Of a stretch of DNA of 64,000 bases, positions 11,701 through 21,886 are shown one piece after another. This DNA is from a virus (taxonomy: Duplodnaviria > Caudoviricetes), in the IMG/VR virus record IMGVR_UViG_2061766007_000342, positions 96,001-160,000 of that record. The stretch is one strand, 5' to 3'. The first letter of the stretch is position 1. Every line of letters begins with the position of its first letter. Made by a program: the position numbers and the translations under genes. The notes under the pieces are model-generated. The model saw nothing but the letters and a program-made list of their open reading frames with translations, was not told where the DNA came from and made no database searches.

Positions 11701-13058
11701 TGGTTGGTAAGCTTGCGATATCATCTCCGAACAGTGGTAATGTTGGTATTGCACGTCAATTGGTTGCAGATCCCAAGATTGAATCGGTACGTGGTTATAC
11801 ATCAACTGCTGATATCAATACAGATTATGATGACTTACAATTGGCTTCCTTCTCAGAATTGTTAACACCCGGATCAGTATCACGTGATGATGCAATCCGT
11901 ACCGCAATCGGTACATCACAAACTTCACATACGGTATCCACTGCAGATGCACAACCAGTATTGATTTCCAATGGTATGGATGAAATTGTACCTGCATACT
12001 TGACTGAACAATTCTCTGTTATGGCAGAAGAAGATGGTTCTGTAATTGAAATAAACGATGGTTACATGATCATTCAATATAAGTCCGGTAAAAAGAAAGC
12101 TGTTAACATTGGACACAAATATGGGTTCAACGATGGTGGTGGTTTCTATGTGGATAATAAACTGATACCAAATTTTCAAGCCGGTGACAAATTCAAACAA
12201 GGTGAAATATTGGCATATCATGAAAAATTCTTCTCCAAGGATTCCACTGGTCAAGTACGTATGAATGTTGGACCGTTAGCAAAGGTTGCATTCATGGGTT
12301 GTTATTCAACATATGAAGACGCCGGTGTTATGACCACCAAAATGAGTAAACGTTTGGCGACAAAGGTCACTATGCGTGAAGTCATCAAGTTGGATTGTAC
12401 TGACGACATTGAAAAGATTGTCAAAGTTGGTGATGAAGTTGAAGTTGGTGATCCGTTGGTAACATTCGGATTAGGTGGTACTGGAGACAAATCCGTTGAT
12501 AACTTCTTACGTGCATTTGGTGGAGATGAAGATGACTTTAAACGTACCATTGATGCAAAGCATGCTGGTACCATTGTCAGTGTCATGATTTATACCAATA
12601 AATCTATGGACAAATTATCTCCGTCATTGTTCAACATCGTGAATGGTTATTTTACTGAGAATAAAAAGAAACGTAAGATCTTGGATAAGTATGATAAATC
12701 CAATGCTGTGTATAAGCTTGATACATTGTTTGAATTACCAACAGAACCATTGAAGACTCCATCCATCAAAGGTATCAATACGGATGTATTGATTGAAGTG
12801 TTCATTGAACATGAAGATGATATGTCCGTTGGTGATAAACTGACAAACTACTCATGTATGAAACAGATATGTTCGGAAGTGATTCCCGAGGGTTTGGAAC
12901 CATATGCAGAATCCAGACCCGATGAAGAGATTTCTGTATTCCAAGCACCATCTTCAATCTTAAAGCGAATGGTTCCATCTGTTGTTATCACAGCAGCTGG
13001 TAACAAAGTCTTGATTAGTTTGAAGAGATCTATTAAAGAAATATGGGAAAATGGTTAA
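8745..13058 (+). CDS. phage multisubunit RNA polymerase beta-like subunit (probably virion RNAP, phiKZ gp178-type)
   Basis: SPNSGNVGIARQL, RDDAIRTAIGTSQTSH, YSTYEDAG and VGDKLTNY...RMVPS correspond to conserved RpoB regions; ends before the RpoB C-terminal GQRFGEME block, as in split phage RNAPs. Confidence 0.9.
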   Translation: MIKLALNIDSVQNYAVVPQRIRLPQDKEGSVVFLMTDSFEYDIELIKQIPQPKMDYKTFAYPYRLMTKIGGRPLRYLIMQNEYIKKVNYVNLQNQKLQPRLTMLTYPYPTTVKQNIYVSMSDLCKRVNERLHGLSTTYLKQAFSQIFGDIFRPFSFGLKKKTIVIDTKRYKIYKDPKLEMLKYDLINGLLATYLILDETRRPHLDYVLIFKTPDADFKFDLKLFNMSDIPRLRAMLNKFGVESLIKDEEETTPSNDEDETSNEETSDEEKANIVAANAVEDKKETTELRHDDGVKITEKTMELQKLQMSHQSVIKSLQASIDKISLSKKSNDTGMEDTNDTLDQSKNNQQQLYDAKAFDINASLMQKINLNPVTNNEKLVNDITPDNANPVEKQIIQQAAKKLGNDVTAPNIEDVNRTITNPREEKLRNQIGQLKLNNVTFDKLTSVNDVPKPKAIKPLHLTTTSRPALRATGFTNIAKEYEEKLLDRDIVATLMNLSKPTDGFYVTNVEVTDISTCVSLLNNWKVSLKNKQSGLTSTVNIVVPQLKNGRYFYNGTWYSIDKQDFPIPVLKIDSKTVMITSNYNKITVARYDTKSLIDVTAMLKTVNKLEDETGKNRYVRPGSSVNANSHYMSTIEYDEYAKVWYSFTIREKNCEIVFNRNDCLKMWQFVAVKDNEFCCGMIDNVPIVLNTETGLTRRGITLTETILEVLPPEVQQTYIKMKPGKTAMYSTIRIGGTVPLGVAIAAWEGLSSLLKQSRCKYQFVDSKFRDPHYIMIPFKNKSLAIENHIGNQLLFNGFYRINTKAYNIEDFETPIMESNSVFVDIFNQLFFSQYSQLTTFITYYNFFMDAITYDVCNHYNLPNTLVGLLIYSSNLLMDNSAMSESNASLYRIRSSEIIPAMIHYHLAVAMSNFNNRTGSRARANKLTFNPNCIMKELTDTQTIKTLTALNPMVELHARETVSKKGFRGVNNDRAFTEARRSFDETMVGKLAISSPNSGNVGIARQLVADPKIESVRGYTSTADINTDYDDLQLASFSELLTPGSVSRDDAIRTAIGTSQTSHTVSTADAQPVLISNGMDEIVPAYLTEQFSVMAEEDGSVIEINDGYMIIQYKSGKKKAVNIGHKYGFNDGGGFYVDNKLIPNFQAGDKFKQGEILAYHEKFFSKDSTGQVRMNVGPLAKVAFMGCYSTYEDAGVMTTKMSKRLATKVTMREVIKLDCTDDIEKIVKVGDEVEVGDPLVTFGLGGTGDKSVDNFLRAFGGDEDDFKRTIDAKHAGTIVSVMIYTNKSMDKLSPSLFNIVNGYFTENKKKRKILDKYDKSNAVYKLDTLFELPTEPLKTPSIKGINTDVLIEVFIEHEDDMSVGDKLTNYSCMKQICSEVIPEGLEPYAESRPDEEISVFQAPSSILKRMVPSVVITAAGNKVLISLKRSIKEIWENG

Positions 13059-13066
13059 TGTGATAT

Positions 13067-13090
13067 ATTGGGGCGCATATGCGCCCCAAT
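13067..13090 (+). terminator. palindromic hairpin
   Basis: attggggcgcatatgcgccccaat perfect palindrome. Confidence 0.7.
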
Positions 13091-13093
13091 TAC

Positions 13094-13107
13094 CACGAAA
13101 CTGTAAC
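13094..13107 (+). promoter_or_regulatory. candidate late (nvRNAP) promoter
   Basis: CACG-AAACTG-TAAC; matches a motif recurring at operon starts and resembles the AR9 late consensus AACA-N6-TA. Confidence 0.55.
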
Positions 13108-13132
13108 CCTTATTACGACAGGAGGTATATAA

Positions 13133-16100
13133 ATGGTCATTAATTACAATGATTGGTTTTATGAATTCCATCGGTATTTAACCGGATCGAGAAATGGAAA
13201 TGTTTCATATAATGATACCAATTATGCAAATATACAAGAACAATTACAACGTTTGATTGAAACCCATTCCACATTAATCAATGAACAACCATGTGGTGTG
13301 GTTGGTAATCAGTATGGCTTTGAACGTCTCGTTCAATTGATGGAGAAGTCTGGATATACATTTGAAGACATCAATGCTTCATTAACCAATACATATGAAC
13401 ATTCCATTCGTCAATCCATGAGCCGTCAATTGGTCAATACACATGCGATTGTATATCACACGAAACGGTTACAATCTCATTATGCATCCGGACAGTATTA
13501 CTTGATTGATCTACCATATGATCAATTGAGATTTGGTGGTGAACGTGATGAGTTCATTCGTCAACGTTTCCAGTCGTTAAATCATACGGATGACAAACGT
13601 TTCTTGGACATTGAAGAATTCTCATTGAGTGAATACACCAAGATCCTGAAGTGTGCATTCATTGTATCTGTTAATGGATTAATTTGTAATGATGTGAAGA
13701 TCGGTTTCAATGATCATGGATTAAAGTTCCATATCGGCTATTCAGGTTCAGATGATGCTGAAGTCATCATTTACAAATTGGACAACTGTATCGTTTGTCA
13801 ATCTACACTCAGTATTGGTCAATTGAAATTGTACACCGACGAAGATGGTTATATCTCTATTCCCAATGTATTGATCAATGTACGTGGTGATGATGCAAAA
13901 CGTGCTGCATGGAGACATGCTATCTTAAATATACACGGTGTTGGTTTCCGTAATGTACCAACCATTCCCAACTTTGGTTCATTTACACGTGATGGACGAT
14001 TAACCATTGCCCATATGCAACCATCAACCATGACGGAATTACAACGTGTCGGTGCACGTGATATTACCATTGTTGCATATGTTCCAAAATATTTCCACGA
14101 AATTGGTTCCATTTATCCTGCGGCAAATTACATGGATATGATGCGAACATCCGATGTGTATACCGATATGGATAACATTGTCAAAGGAACCAATCACCGT
14201 AAAGTGGTAACTTCTGGATCATTAGAAGCATTACAAATGGATCGTTGTACACCGCCCATTTGCATTGATCGTGATTATGATACCGGATTTGAAGATGTCA
14301 TCACGTGTTGTTCCATGCGTAATATATTGATGCCATATAAGGATACATCCATTGCAACGTTAAGTGATGCTATCTTACATGGTAATACAAAACTGAATTC
14401 TTATGATCAATATGCCATTAACATTCAACCCGTTGTGAAGACATTACATCGTGAATTGTTACCGTATTATCGTACCTATTACAATGGATGCATGTTAATA
14501 TCGTTAACCGATAATGAATCCAACATGCAACGGTTTACGGATTTTATGTCGGCATTGTTTAAGTTTGGACGTTTAACAGAATCTGACTTTATCAATCAAG
14601 GATGGAAGCAATACATCAGTCGCGACTTTTATTCCATCTGGTATGCAGACATGGTTACACAACTTACAGCACCATTTGTGGATAATGAAGTATTGTCCAA
14701 TTTTATTGGATTGAAGAATGTTATTAAACGATTCTACGAAGATACAAATCCGTCCACACAATACAACCAGAATGTTTCTGAACAATGTTTCATTTCATTG
14801 CGTTACAGTCGTGATCGAAATTGTTGGGTATTCGCATATCCATCCATCAAACACTTCCATGGTATTGGAAATACATTCTATATCAATTCGGAATTAAATG
14901 GTGATGAAGTATTCAAGTTCTTTGTATTGTATTCTGATAATATTGGTTGTGGTGATACAGACATTGATGATGGTTATGATATCGAAACCGTTTTAGATTA
15001 CGATAAATTCATGACCGAGTTGGAGAAGCATGTTGGATTTGTACGATATTGGCATGTGGAAAATAAGCTCATGAAGTTGTCCAAATTAATGTATAATCGA
15101 TATGATAATGAAACCGTTGTCAATGTTATTTCCAAAATATTGAAACGTAAAATCGATGCGTTTGAACTGTTGGATGATTATGATTCAGAATTGCAATATG
15201 ATAATGGTAACAAAACTACATATGGTATTGATACTTATACGGAAACTTCTGAACAAGCACCGTTCATATTGAATGTGATGTTTTATGCATTACAAACATT
15301 GAATGGTTCAACGGATATGCTTCAGAGTTACTTTTATCGAACATTGACAAATCGTTTATTTACACCGAGATATATTGATTACAAAATGCTCGGTGTATTG
15401 GATGATCGTTACTTACAACCGGTCAATTTGTCTGGTGCTGTGAAAGCATGCGATTCTTACGATAACACAAAATCCAATTACAATCGTTCATCCACACGTT
15501 GTATGTATTATGGATTACCGTATGTATTTTTGAATGATAACGTTGTTCACATTGATAACTTGTACAACTGGGTTGCACGTTCGGAATCAATACAGACTGG
15601 TGATAACAACTATTATCTGATCAATGATACTGGTGCAATTGATACATCATATTGGATTACACCATTGGGATTATATTCACATGAGTATGTTCATCATTAT
15701 GCAGACTTTGTTCATATGATCACAAAGTTCATTTGTTGTATTCGTGATTACATGAGTTATTTGTTGACGAATTACAAAACAGCATATGATCAACGTATCA
15801 TTTGTAAACAAGCAATCAAATCCATCAATGAGAAATTGAATGATATCAAAGACTTTTACAATGGATTGGATGCATTGGCAAAGAGTCATATTCGTAATAT
15901 GTATAATCACATTGTGGATGATTATCCATATGAAACGATATTGAACCATTTGATTGATGCAACGGATGATTCGGTTAAGAACGAACATTATTATGGTGGA
16001 TCGGTATCCAATCCATCCTATACACAACAGCAATCCAATTGGTTTACATCCACCATCAAAGCAACATATCTCAATACAGGATTCCATGAGAATACATTAT

Positions 16101-19100
16101 ATCGTATTCGTGGTTTGTATATCCATTTCAAAGAGAATAATAAAAAACAAAATGCATTCCAATACAAACAATGGTTGAATCGCAATACGTACGATTCATC
16201 GTTCTTATTGAATGATTTGTATCAAGCGTATACCAAATCGAATGGTACCATATTACCACAATACAATCAAATGAAGAAACGTGCAACACAATTCATTTCC
16301 ACATCCGATGAAATCATTCGTCAAAGTCACATGGCGGTTTATGATCAAACGATGCGTGAATTGGAAGAAACCAACACGACTTACTTGCATGACATGGAAG
16401 TATATTGTGCCAATACCATTCGTGATAAGATTTATGATTTGTATATCATATCCGAGATTGTTGGATTTGATTACGGTAATGGAAATGCATATGAACCAGC
16501 ATATATTGTGTGGACAGCAACACGTGATGCACATTTCAATTGTCCATCCACAACCAATCCCACGTCATCAACCGTTAACATTACCTTGGTACCGGTTGTT
16601 GAGCGTGATGGTAATAATTACAATTATATTGTATCTGGAGTACGTAAACCATGTGAATATTTCTTTTTTGATGGAAATGAAATCAACGGTTGTTCATTCA
16701 AAGTATATGATCCAACCGGTACATTGATCAAAACGGTTAATGATATTACCGTACGCTTTGAACGTGTTTCTTCCACAGGTTGTTTGTTGAATGATGTGAA
16801 AATGATTCCCAATGTTGGTGATGTGAACATTACATTTGAAAACAAACACGAAGACATGTCCATCAATACACGAGATGACATTGTCAATGATAAACATAAT
16901 GAAACCCATTACGAGTTATTGGTGTCCAACAAATTCAATATCATTGACAAGTATTCGGAATTGATATTGAATCCACGTATAATGCTTCAAGGTTCACAAG
17001 ATGTTTTATACATTGATCCACAAAAGTTAAATCGTATGGTATTTCATGAATATTCCAATATTCATAAACCCCAGATTTATCTGAAACCCGTACAAGTATT
17101 ACATGTAGAAATTGATGACGAGACATTGAATGCCACATCCGTTAAGGGACGATTCACCGTCGGACAAACCATTTACATGGTACCGAACGAATATCCATCG
17201 TATACATTCGGTGCAACGATTACTGCAATTGATCATTCTCGTTCACGTGGTATGTTGGAAGCTAAAATTGATCCACGTTCCACGAAATGGTTTACGATCG
17301 ATGATAACGTATTGACCGCAAAGTTTATGTCAGAACCCATCACATGTACGGTATTGGATGAAAACTTGTCAAATTTCTTGGATGAATATAATGGAACGTA
17401 TAATATGTTTTATAATCCATCATTTGATTATGATATGCAATATGCTGATGATGACTTTGATGGAATGTTATCCGTACCTGGTGATCCAATCTTTGTACAA
17501 AACAATGCGGAATATGTGTACACGCGGTTGTCGTGGATGTTCCCCACAGAAGTACAGAATCGATTCATTGATGATGCACATAAACAATGGAATTTCCGTT
17601 ATGTGGGTGCATCCAAGATGGACGATGCGGAACATAATTCCATTTATATTTCATGCGTAAATCATAATTGGTCAACATTATCATTGTCACAGTTGTATCC
17701 GATATTACGTTCGGAACCAAATGATCATACAGTATGGGACAAAGAAATTCAAACATATAATGAAATCATTCATGATCAGTATGAACCACGCTTATCCCAA
17801 ATCATGGCATTGTATCAAACGGCACAATACAATTATGAACATGCCAAAACGGATTATGAACGTAAACAGTATTCATTGGAAATGGCATCATTAATGGATA
17901 AATACAATATGGTGATGTCCGATATCAAACGTTTGAAGTCATACATTGACGAACAAGAACATGATACGACTTGGTACAATGTGGATTCGTATGACGCCGC
18001 AATGAAGTATATCCAAAATGGTCGTGCAAAACCATTGTCCACATATATTCCCGGTATCTTCGATATGGAATATACGGATTCTTGTAATTTGTTATTGTAT
18101 GATTGGGAACACAAACAATGGATTGATCCATCAACCTATGATGTCATAAAGAATGGTATGGATGAATATTCAACCACGGATCGTATATGGGATTATACAA
18201 CATATTTCGTATTAAGATTCTTGCGGATACGTCCATTGGATGGTTTCCCGAATTCCAAACGGATCTTGATCTATGTTGCATATCCAACATCCGATGTATA
18301 TGATTCCATTCCAATCAATGCTCCTGAATGTAAAGTGCGTTTCAAACCATTGTTATCCATTGATAAATCACGTCGTAATGTGGAGTCCATATACGACGAT
18401 GTATCCATTCGAAAACATATTGATTCTGGTGAGTCGTACTCCATCATGAAAGCAGATATTGTTCCATTGGATGATGGTTCCTTTACACAAGAATGCATTC
18501 ATATCATGCGTGATCCGCATTCTGGTAAGTTACCATATACACCATCCGTTCGTTACAAAGACATTGTTGTGAAACAATATACATGGTCATTTGATTATAC
18601 CAATTTTGATTTGTATGTTCGTATTCCATTCCCGAATACATCAACATTTGCACAAACCAAATATCATATTTATGATGCAATCATATCCAAACCAATCAAT
18701 CATGTGATTCCGAATGAAACTGTTTCATTGATCTGTGTACAGAATACACCATCGACGAATAAATATTTCAATGGTAACATTTCTAATATCACATTCACGG
18801 GTGTGATTAACAATGATGGAACCTCAATCAATATTATGGATTCTTCCATTCCGTTATATCGTTCTGGATCATTTGTTACGACAATTCCGCATTCATACAA
18901 GTATCATTCTAATGGTGGATTGATCATTGTCAATGTGAATGTTGGATCCGATACCATTATGAATGATACCAAACAATGGCTTCATATCACGGATCCATAT
19001 CGGTTATTACCAAATGAATTTGTATTGGTTCCTCATAACATGCAATCTTTAGGATCAAACACACCAATCACCATTCAATTCGATACCACATACAATTCGA

Positions 19101-20200
19101 ATATGGATGATATTGTATTGGAGGATAATTCCAATCTTAATAATCCATATGAGTATTACTTCAATACACAATCACAACATCGTTATCCAATCTCAACCAT
19201 GCACGATAATTCACCAACATACAAACGATTGACAATTGATCAACAAACAAATCCCAATGTGCAATTGATCAAATCCAATCATTTGCATGTGTGTCGTTAC
19301 TTTGCATCACATATTCCATCAAACGGATTCATGGATGTAACCGGATTTGTTCCAACATCATTGTCACGTGATCGATATGAGTTCTGGGTAAATGGACGTT
19401 ATCTGAACAATACATCAAATCTTATCATCTTATCACCAACATCATTCCAATTGATGAATCTAACTTCATTGAAGAATTTTGAATTGATTGAATTGGTGGA
19501 TGATTACAATGATACTACATTAACCAATAAAGATTCTGTTTACATTGCATCCGATGGAACAACATATTCTTCTTATACAGAAGCATTACAACAGCAATCA
19601 ATTGTTCAACAAACACTTCGTTATACCTTCAATACATATCCACATCAGCATACACCGTTGCAGAACTATTCCAAAGTGTATGTGTCCAATCCGAATAACT
19701 TGGATTTGGAAGAAGACATCTTAGATGGATTAATTACAACCGGTATGATTGAACCGGATTACAATGAAATAAATCATGTTCCAACAATCAATGAAGTTCC
19801 GTTGTATCATCCAATCTTAGATGATTTTGGTATGATAGAAATGGATGTAACGGATATGATTCCTTTGTATGATAACACATACAAATTGGAAGCATTAACG
19901 GATCCATTCTTCCCAATGACACATCGCGATGAAACCATTATTCCAAATAATGAATACTTAGTGATTCATGTGGAGCACAATCCCGATGGTTCATTTACAG
20001 TGTATACATCAGGAACATATCACAAATCGTTCATGATGTATTTATCAACATCCATTATTGGTAATATTGCGAATGTTGATAATACGCAACTTGTCATTCC
20101 ATGTGTACGTGCCGGTGTACGCATTCATATACCAAACACATATCATGGATTGTTCATTCATGTTACAATGGACGATTACACACCAATGCAATTGTTATAA
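13133..20200 (+). CDS. very large putative virion structural protein (2355 aa)
   Basis: Uninterrupted ORF with AGGAGG SD, behind a late-type motif; Y/N/D-rich; no catalytic motif recognised. Confidence 0.6.
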   Translation: MVINYNDWFYEFHRYLTGSRNGNVSYNDTNYANIQEQLQRLIETHSTLINEQPCGVVGNQYGFERLVQLMEKSGYTFEDINASLTNTYEHSIRQSMSRQLVNTHAIVYHTKRLQSHYASGQYYLIDLPYDQLRFGGERDEFIRQRFQSLNHTDDKRFLDIEEFSLSEYTKILKCAFIVSVNGLICNDVKIGFNDHGLKFHIGYSGSDDAEVIIYKLDNCIVCQSTLSIGQLKLYTDEDGYISIPNVLINVRGDDAKRAAWRHAILNIHGVGFRNVPTIPNFGSFTRDGRLTIAHMQPSTMTELQRVGARDITIVAYVPKYFHEIGSIYPAANYMDMMRTSDVYTDMDNIVKGTNHRKVVTSGSLEALQMDRCTPPICIDRDYDTGFEDVITCCSMRNILMPYKDTSIATLSDAILHGNTKLNSYDQYAINIQPVVKTLHRELLPYYRTYYNGCMLISLTDNESNMQRFTDFMSALFKFGRLTESDFINQGWKQYISRDFYSIWYADMVTQLTAPFVDNEVLSNFIGLKNVIKRFYEDTNPSTQYNQNVSEQCFISLRYSRDRNCWVFAYPSIKHFHGIGNTFYINSELNGDEVFKFFVLYSDNIGCGDTDIDDGYDIETVLDYDKFMTELEKHVGFVRYWHVENKLMKLSKLMYNRYDNETVVNVISKILKRKIDAFELLDDYDSELQYDNGNKTTYGIDTYTETSEQAPFILNVMFYALQTLNGSTDMLQSYFYRTLTNRLFTPRYIDYKMLGVLDDRYLQPVNLSGAVKACDSYDNTKSNYNRSSTRCMYYGLPYVFLNDNVVHIDNLYNWVARSESIQTGDNNYYLINDTGAIDTSYWITPLGLYSHEYVHHYADFVHMITKFICCIRDYMSYLLTNYKTAYDQRIICKQAIKSINEKLNDIKDFYNGLDALAKSHIRNMYNHIVDDYPYETILNHLIDATDDSVKNEHYYGGSVSNPSYTQQQSNWFTSTIKATYLNTGFHENTLYRIRGLYIHFKENNKKQNAFQYKQWLNRNTYDSSFLLNDLYQAYTKSNGTILPQYNQMKKRATQFISTSDEIIRQSHMAVYDQTMRELEETNTTYLHDMEVYCANTIRDKIYDLYIISEIVGFDYGNGNAYEPAYIVWTATRDAHFNCPSTTNPTSSTVNITLVPVVERDGNNYNYIVSGVRKPCEYFFFDGNEINGCSFKVYDPTGTLIKTVNDITVRFERVSSTGCLLNDVKMIPNVGDVNITFENKHEDMSINTRDDIVNDKHNETHYELLVSNKFNIIDKYSELILNPRIMLQGSQDVLYIDPQKLNRMVFHEYSNIHKPQIYLKPVQVLHVEIDDETLNATSVKGRFTVGQTIYMVPNEYPSYTFGATITAIDHSRSRGMLEAKIDPRSTKWFTIDDNVLTAKFMSEPITCTVLDENLSNFLDEYNGTYNMFYNPSFDYDMQYADDDFDGMLSVPGDPIFVQNNAEYVYTRLSWMFPTEVQNRFIDDAHKQWNFRYVGASKMDDAEHNSIYISCVNHNWSTLSLSQLYPILRSEPNDHTVWDKEIQTYNEIIHDQYEPRLSQIMALYQTAQYNYEHAKTDYERKQYSLEMASLMDKYNMVMSDIKRLKSYIDEQEHDTTWYNVDSYDAAMKYIQNGRAKPLSTYIPGIFDMEYTDSCNLLLYDWEHKQWIDPSTYDVIKNGMDEYSTTDRIWDYTTYFVLRFLRIRPLDGFPNSKRILIYVAYPTSDVYDSIPINAPECKVRFKPLLSIDKSRRNVESIYDDVSIRKHIDSGESYSIMKADIVPLDDGSFTQECIHIMRDPHSGKLPYTPSVRYKDIVVKQYTWSFDYTNFDLYVRIPFPNTSTFAQTKYHIYDAIISKPINHVIPNETVSLICVQNTPSTNKYFNGNISNITFTGVINNDGTSINIMDSSIPLYRSGSFVTTIPHSYKYHSNGGLIIVNVNVGSDTIMNDTKQWLHITDPYRLLPNEFVLVPHNMQSLGSNTPITIQFDTTYNSNMDDIVLEDNSNLNNPYEYYFNTQSQHRYPISTMHDNSPTYKRLTIDQQTNPNVQLIKSNHLHVCRYFASHIPSNGFMDVTGFVPTSLSRDRYEFWVNGRYLNNTSNLIILSPTSFQLMNLTSLKNFELIELVDDYNDTTLTNKDSVYIASDGTTYSSYTEALQQQSIVQQTLRYTFNTYPHQHTPLQNYSKVYVSNPNNLDLEEDILDGLITTGMIEPDYNEINHVPTINEVPLYHPILDDFGMIEMDVTDMIPLYDNTYKLEALTDPFFPMTHRDETIIPNNEYLVIHVEHNPDGSFTVYTSGTYHKSFMMYLSTSIIGNIANVDNTQLVIPCVRAGVRIHIPNTYHGLFIHVTMDDYTPMQLL

Positions 20201-20208
20201 AAAATAAT

Positions 20209-20232
20209 ATGGTGGGGCATATGCCCCACCAT
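20209..20232 (+). terminator. palindromic hairpin
   Basis: atggtggggcatatgccccaccat followed by ctttcttt. Confidence 0.75.
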
Positions 20233-20440
20233 CTTTCTTTAAATTGCCTAATTTACCCCCGCGCAATTTGTATACCTTACATGTCTTTATCTCTTATCTT
20301 TATTCTATCTTTATCTTTTATTCTTTATATAATATATAATATACGTAATATCTTATAACTCACGTCAATTAAACATGATATATTCAGAATTTAAGAAAAA
20401 TAGAAAACGTATCTTTAGTATGATTTATACTTTATAAAAT

Positions 20441-20455
20441 TATATAATTAATATG
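20441..20455 (+). promoter_or_regulatory. candidate early (virion RNAP) promoter
   Basis: TATATAATTAATATG; exact copy at 57516-57530 (-) and a 13/15 copy at 49624-49638 (-). Confidence 0.55.
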
Positions 20456-20573
20456 GATAAAAACGACAGTATTTTTATCCATCATCAAGGTATTATCGTA
20501 TCTCATCACAAGAATACGAAACATACATTCGGTCATTCGACCGAAATAATGATAATGAAGAAGGTGAAAAATA

Positions 20574-21155
20574 ATGACTGTTGAAGAGGCAAAAGCATTG
20601 ATGACTCCAACAGCCATATCCCATCTCAAGGATATGGTTTCGGAGAATATCATCATCGATACTTCCAAGAAATCTGCATGTGATATTATCATGGCAGCGA
20701 TGTGTAAGGCGGTTGAAACGGATGTCATTCACAAGACATCACTCAACCAGCAGTTTGTCAATGTATTGAATTCATCCACAAATACGATATCACAAACGAA
20801 GTTGGGTGACTTCTTAGCATTGATGAATCAGCGTCAACCAAATATTGCATGTGTGATTACACTGTGGAAGCCGGATATGTCGGAAGTTATGGAGGAATGG
20901 ATCTTCAAAACCCCTAATCCTACCTTCAATAAGACGTATGAATACGTCGTTGACACGTTTCATATCACCCCCGATGTTGTACGTCGGGAATTGTCCAAGG
21001 TGTTGAAACCAACCATCGCAAACAATGTTGCACAATTCACAATGAAGTATGCAACATCCCCAAATAAGGATGAATTGGTTGTATCCATCACCACCATCAC
21101 GAGGTTGGTAAATATGGTCAATCATATCATCACTTGTGAATTCAAGGAGATATAA
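20574..21155 (+). CDS. hypothetical protein (possibly early)
   Basis: 193 aa, GAAGGTG SD. Confidence 0.6.
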   Translation: MTVEEAKALMTPTAISHLKDMVSENIIIDTSKKSACDIIMAAMCKAVETDVIHKTSLNQQFVNVLNSSTNTISQTKLGDFLALMNQRQPNIACVITLWKPDMSEVMEEWIFKTPNPTFNKTYEYVVDTFHITPDVVRRELSKVLKPTIANNVAQFTMKYATSPNKDELVVSITTITRLVNMVNHIITCEFKEI

Positions 21156-21157
21156 CC

Positions 21158-21805
21158 ATGGCTGTATTAGACGGATTGATGGCATGTATACGTAGCATGC
21201 CATCCTATGAACAAATCATTCTATTAACCAATTTACGTTTATCCAGGTTCGAAGACAAGACATGGATTAAACGTATCAACAAAACCATCAAGGTTTGTGA
21301 TAAAGATGGACATATCTTGACAAATCCTTTGATGGATACCAATGGCATTTATCCCAAGGAAAGAGATTACGTGGATGACTATCGTATCATCTTTCGTGAG
21401 ATTATGCAAATGACAATCGAAGAGACATACAACTTCGCAGAGATGGGAGTACAAGTCACATTTGTTACTCATCTCAACAAGAAGGAATGGGATCGTCATG
21501 TACGGGTAATCTGGAATGATTACATCATTGCAGAACATAGTTCCGCATCGAAACCGTTGTCTGCATATAATGAACCATTCATTGGTTACAAAGTGATGTC
21601 AACTTTTGTCAAGAATCTCAATAAACGAAATATCAAGTATGCATTTTCATGGCTAAATGAGAATGAGACATTGATTGTACGTTTTCCAAACATGAAGAGT
21701 GTATGGGTTGACAGATCTAATGAACATCATCGATTGTTCATTGCAAATAACGAACATGGCATGGGCCCATACAATACAACAGAGGCATTACACGAGATCA
21801 AATAA
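21158..21805 (+). CDS. hypothetical protein
   Basis: 215 aa, AAGGAG SD, coupled to the upstream gene. Confidence 0.6.
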   Translation: MAVLDGLMACIRSMPSYEQIILLTNLRLSRFEDKTWIKRINKTIKVCDKDGHILTNPLMDTNGIYPKERDYVDDYRIIFREIMQMTIEETYNFAEMGVQVTFVTHLNKKEWDRHVRVIWNDYIIAEHSSASKPLSAYNEPFIGYKVMSTFVKNLNKRNIKYAFSWLNENETLIVRFPNMKSVWVDRSNEHHRLFIANNEHGMGPYNTTEALHEIK

Positions 21806-21811
21806 TAAAGA

Positions 21812-21841
21812 ATATGGACGGGGCAAACGCCCCGTCCATAT
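21812..21841. terminator. hairpin between convergent genes
   Basis: atatggacggggc-aaac-gccccgtccatat with a downstream T tract. Confidence 0.8.
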
Positions 21842-21886
21842 GTATTCTTTTTTGATGTGTTAACGTGGAACTCGTTAAACAATCGA

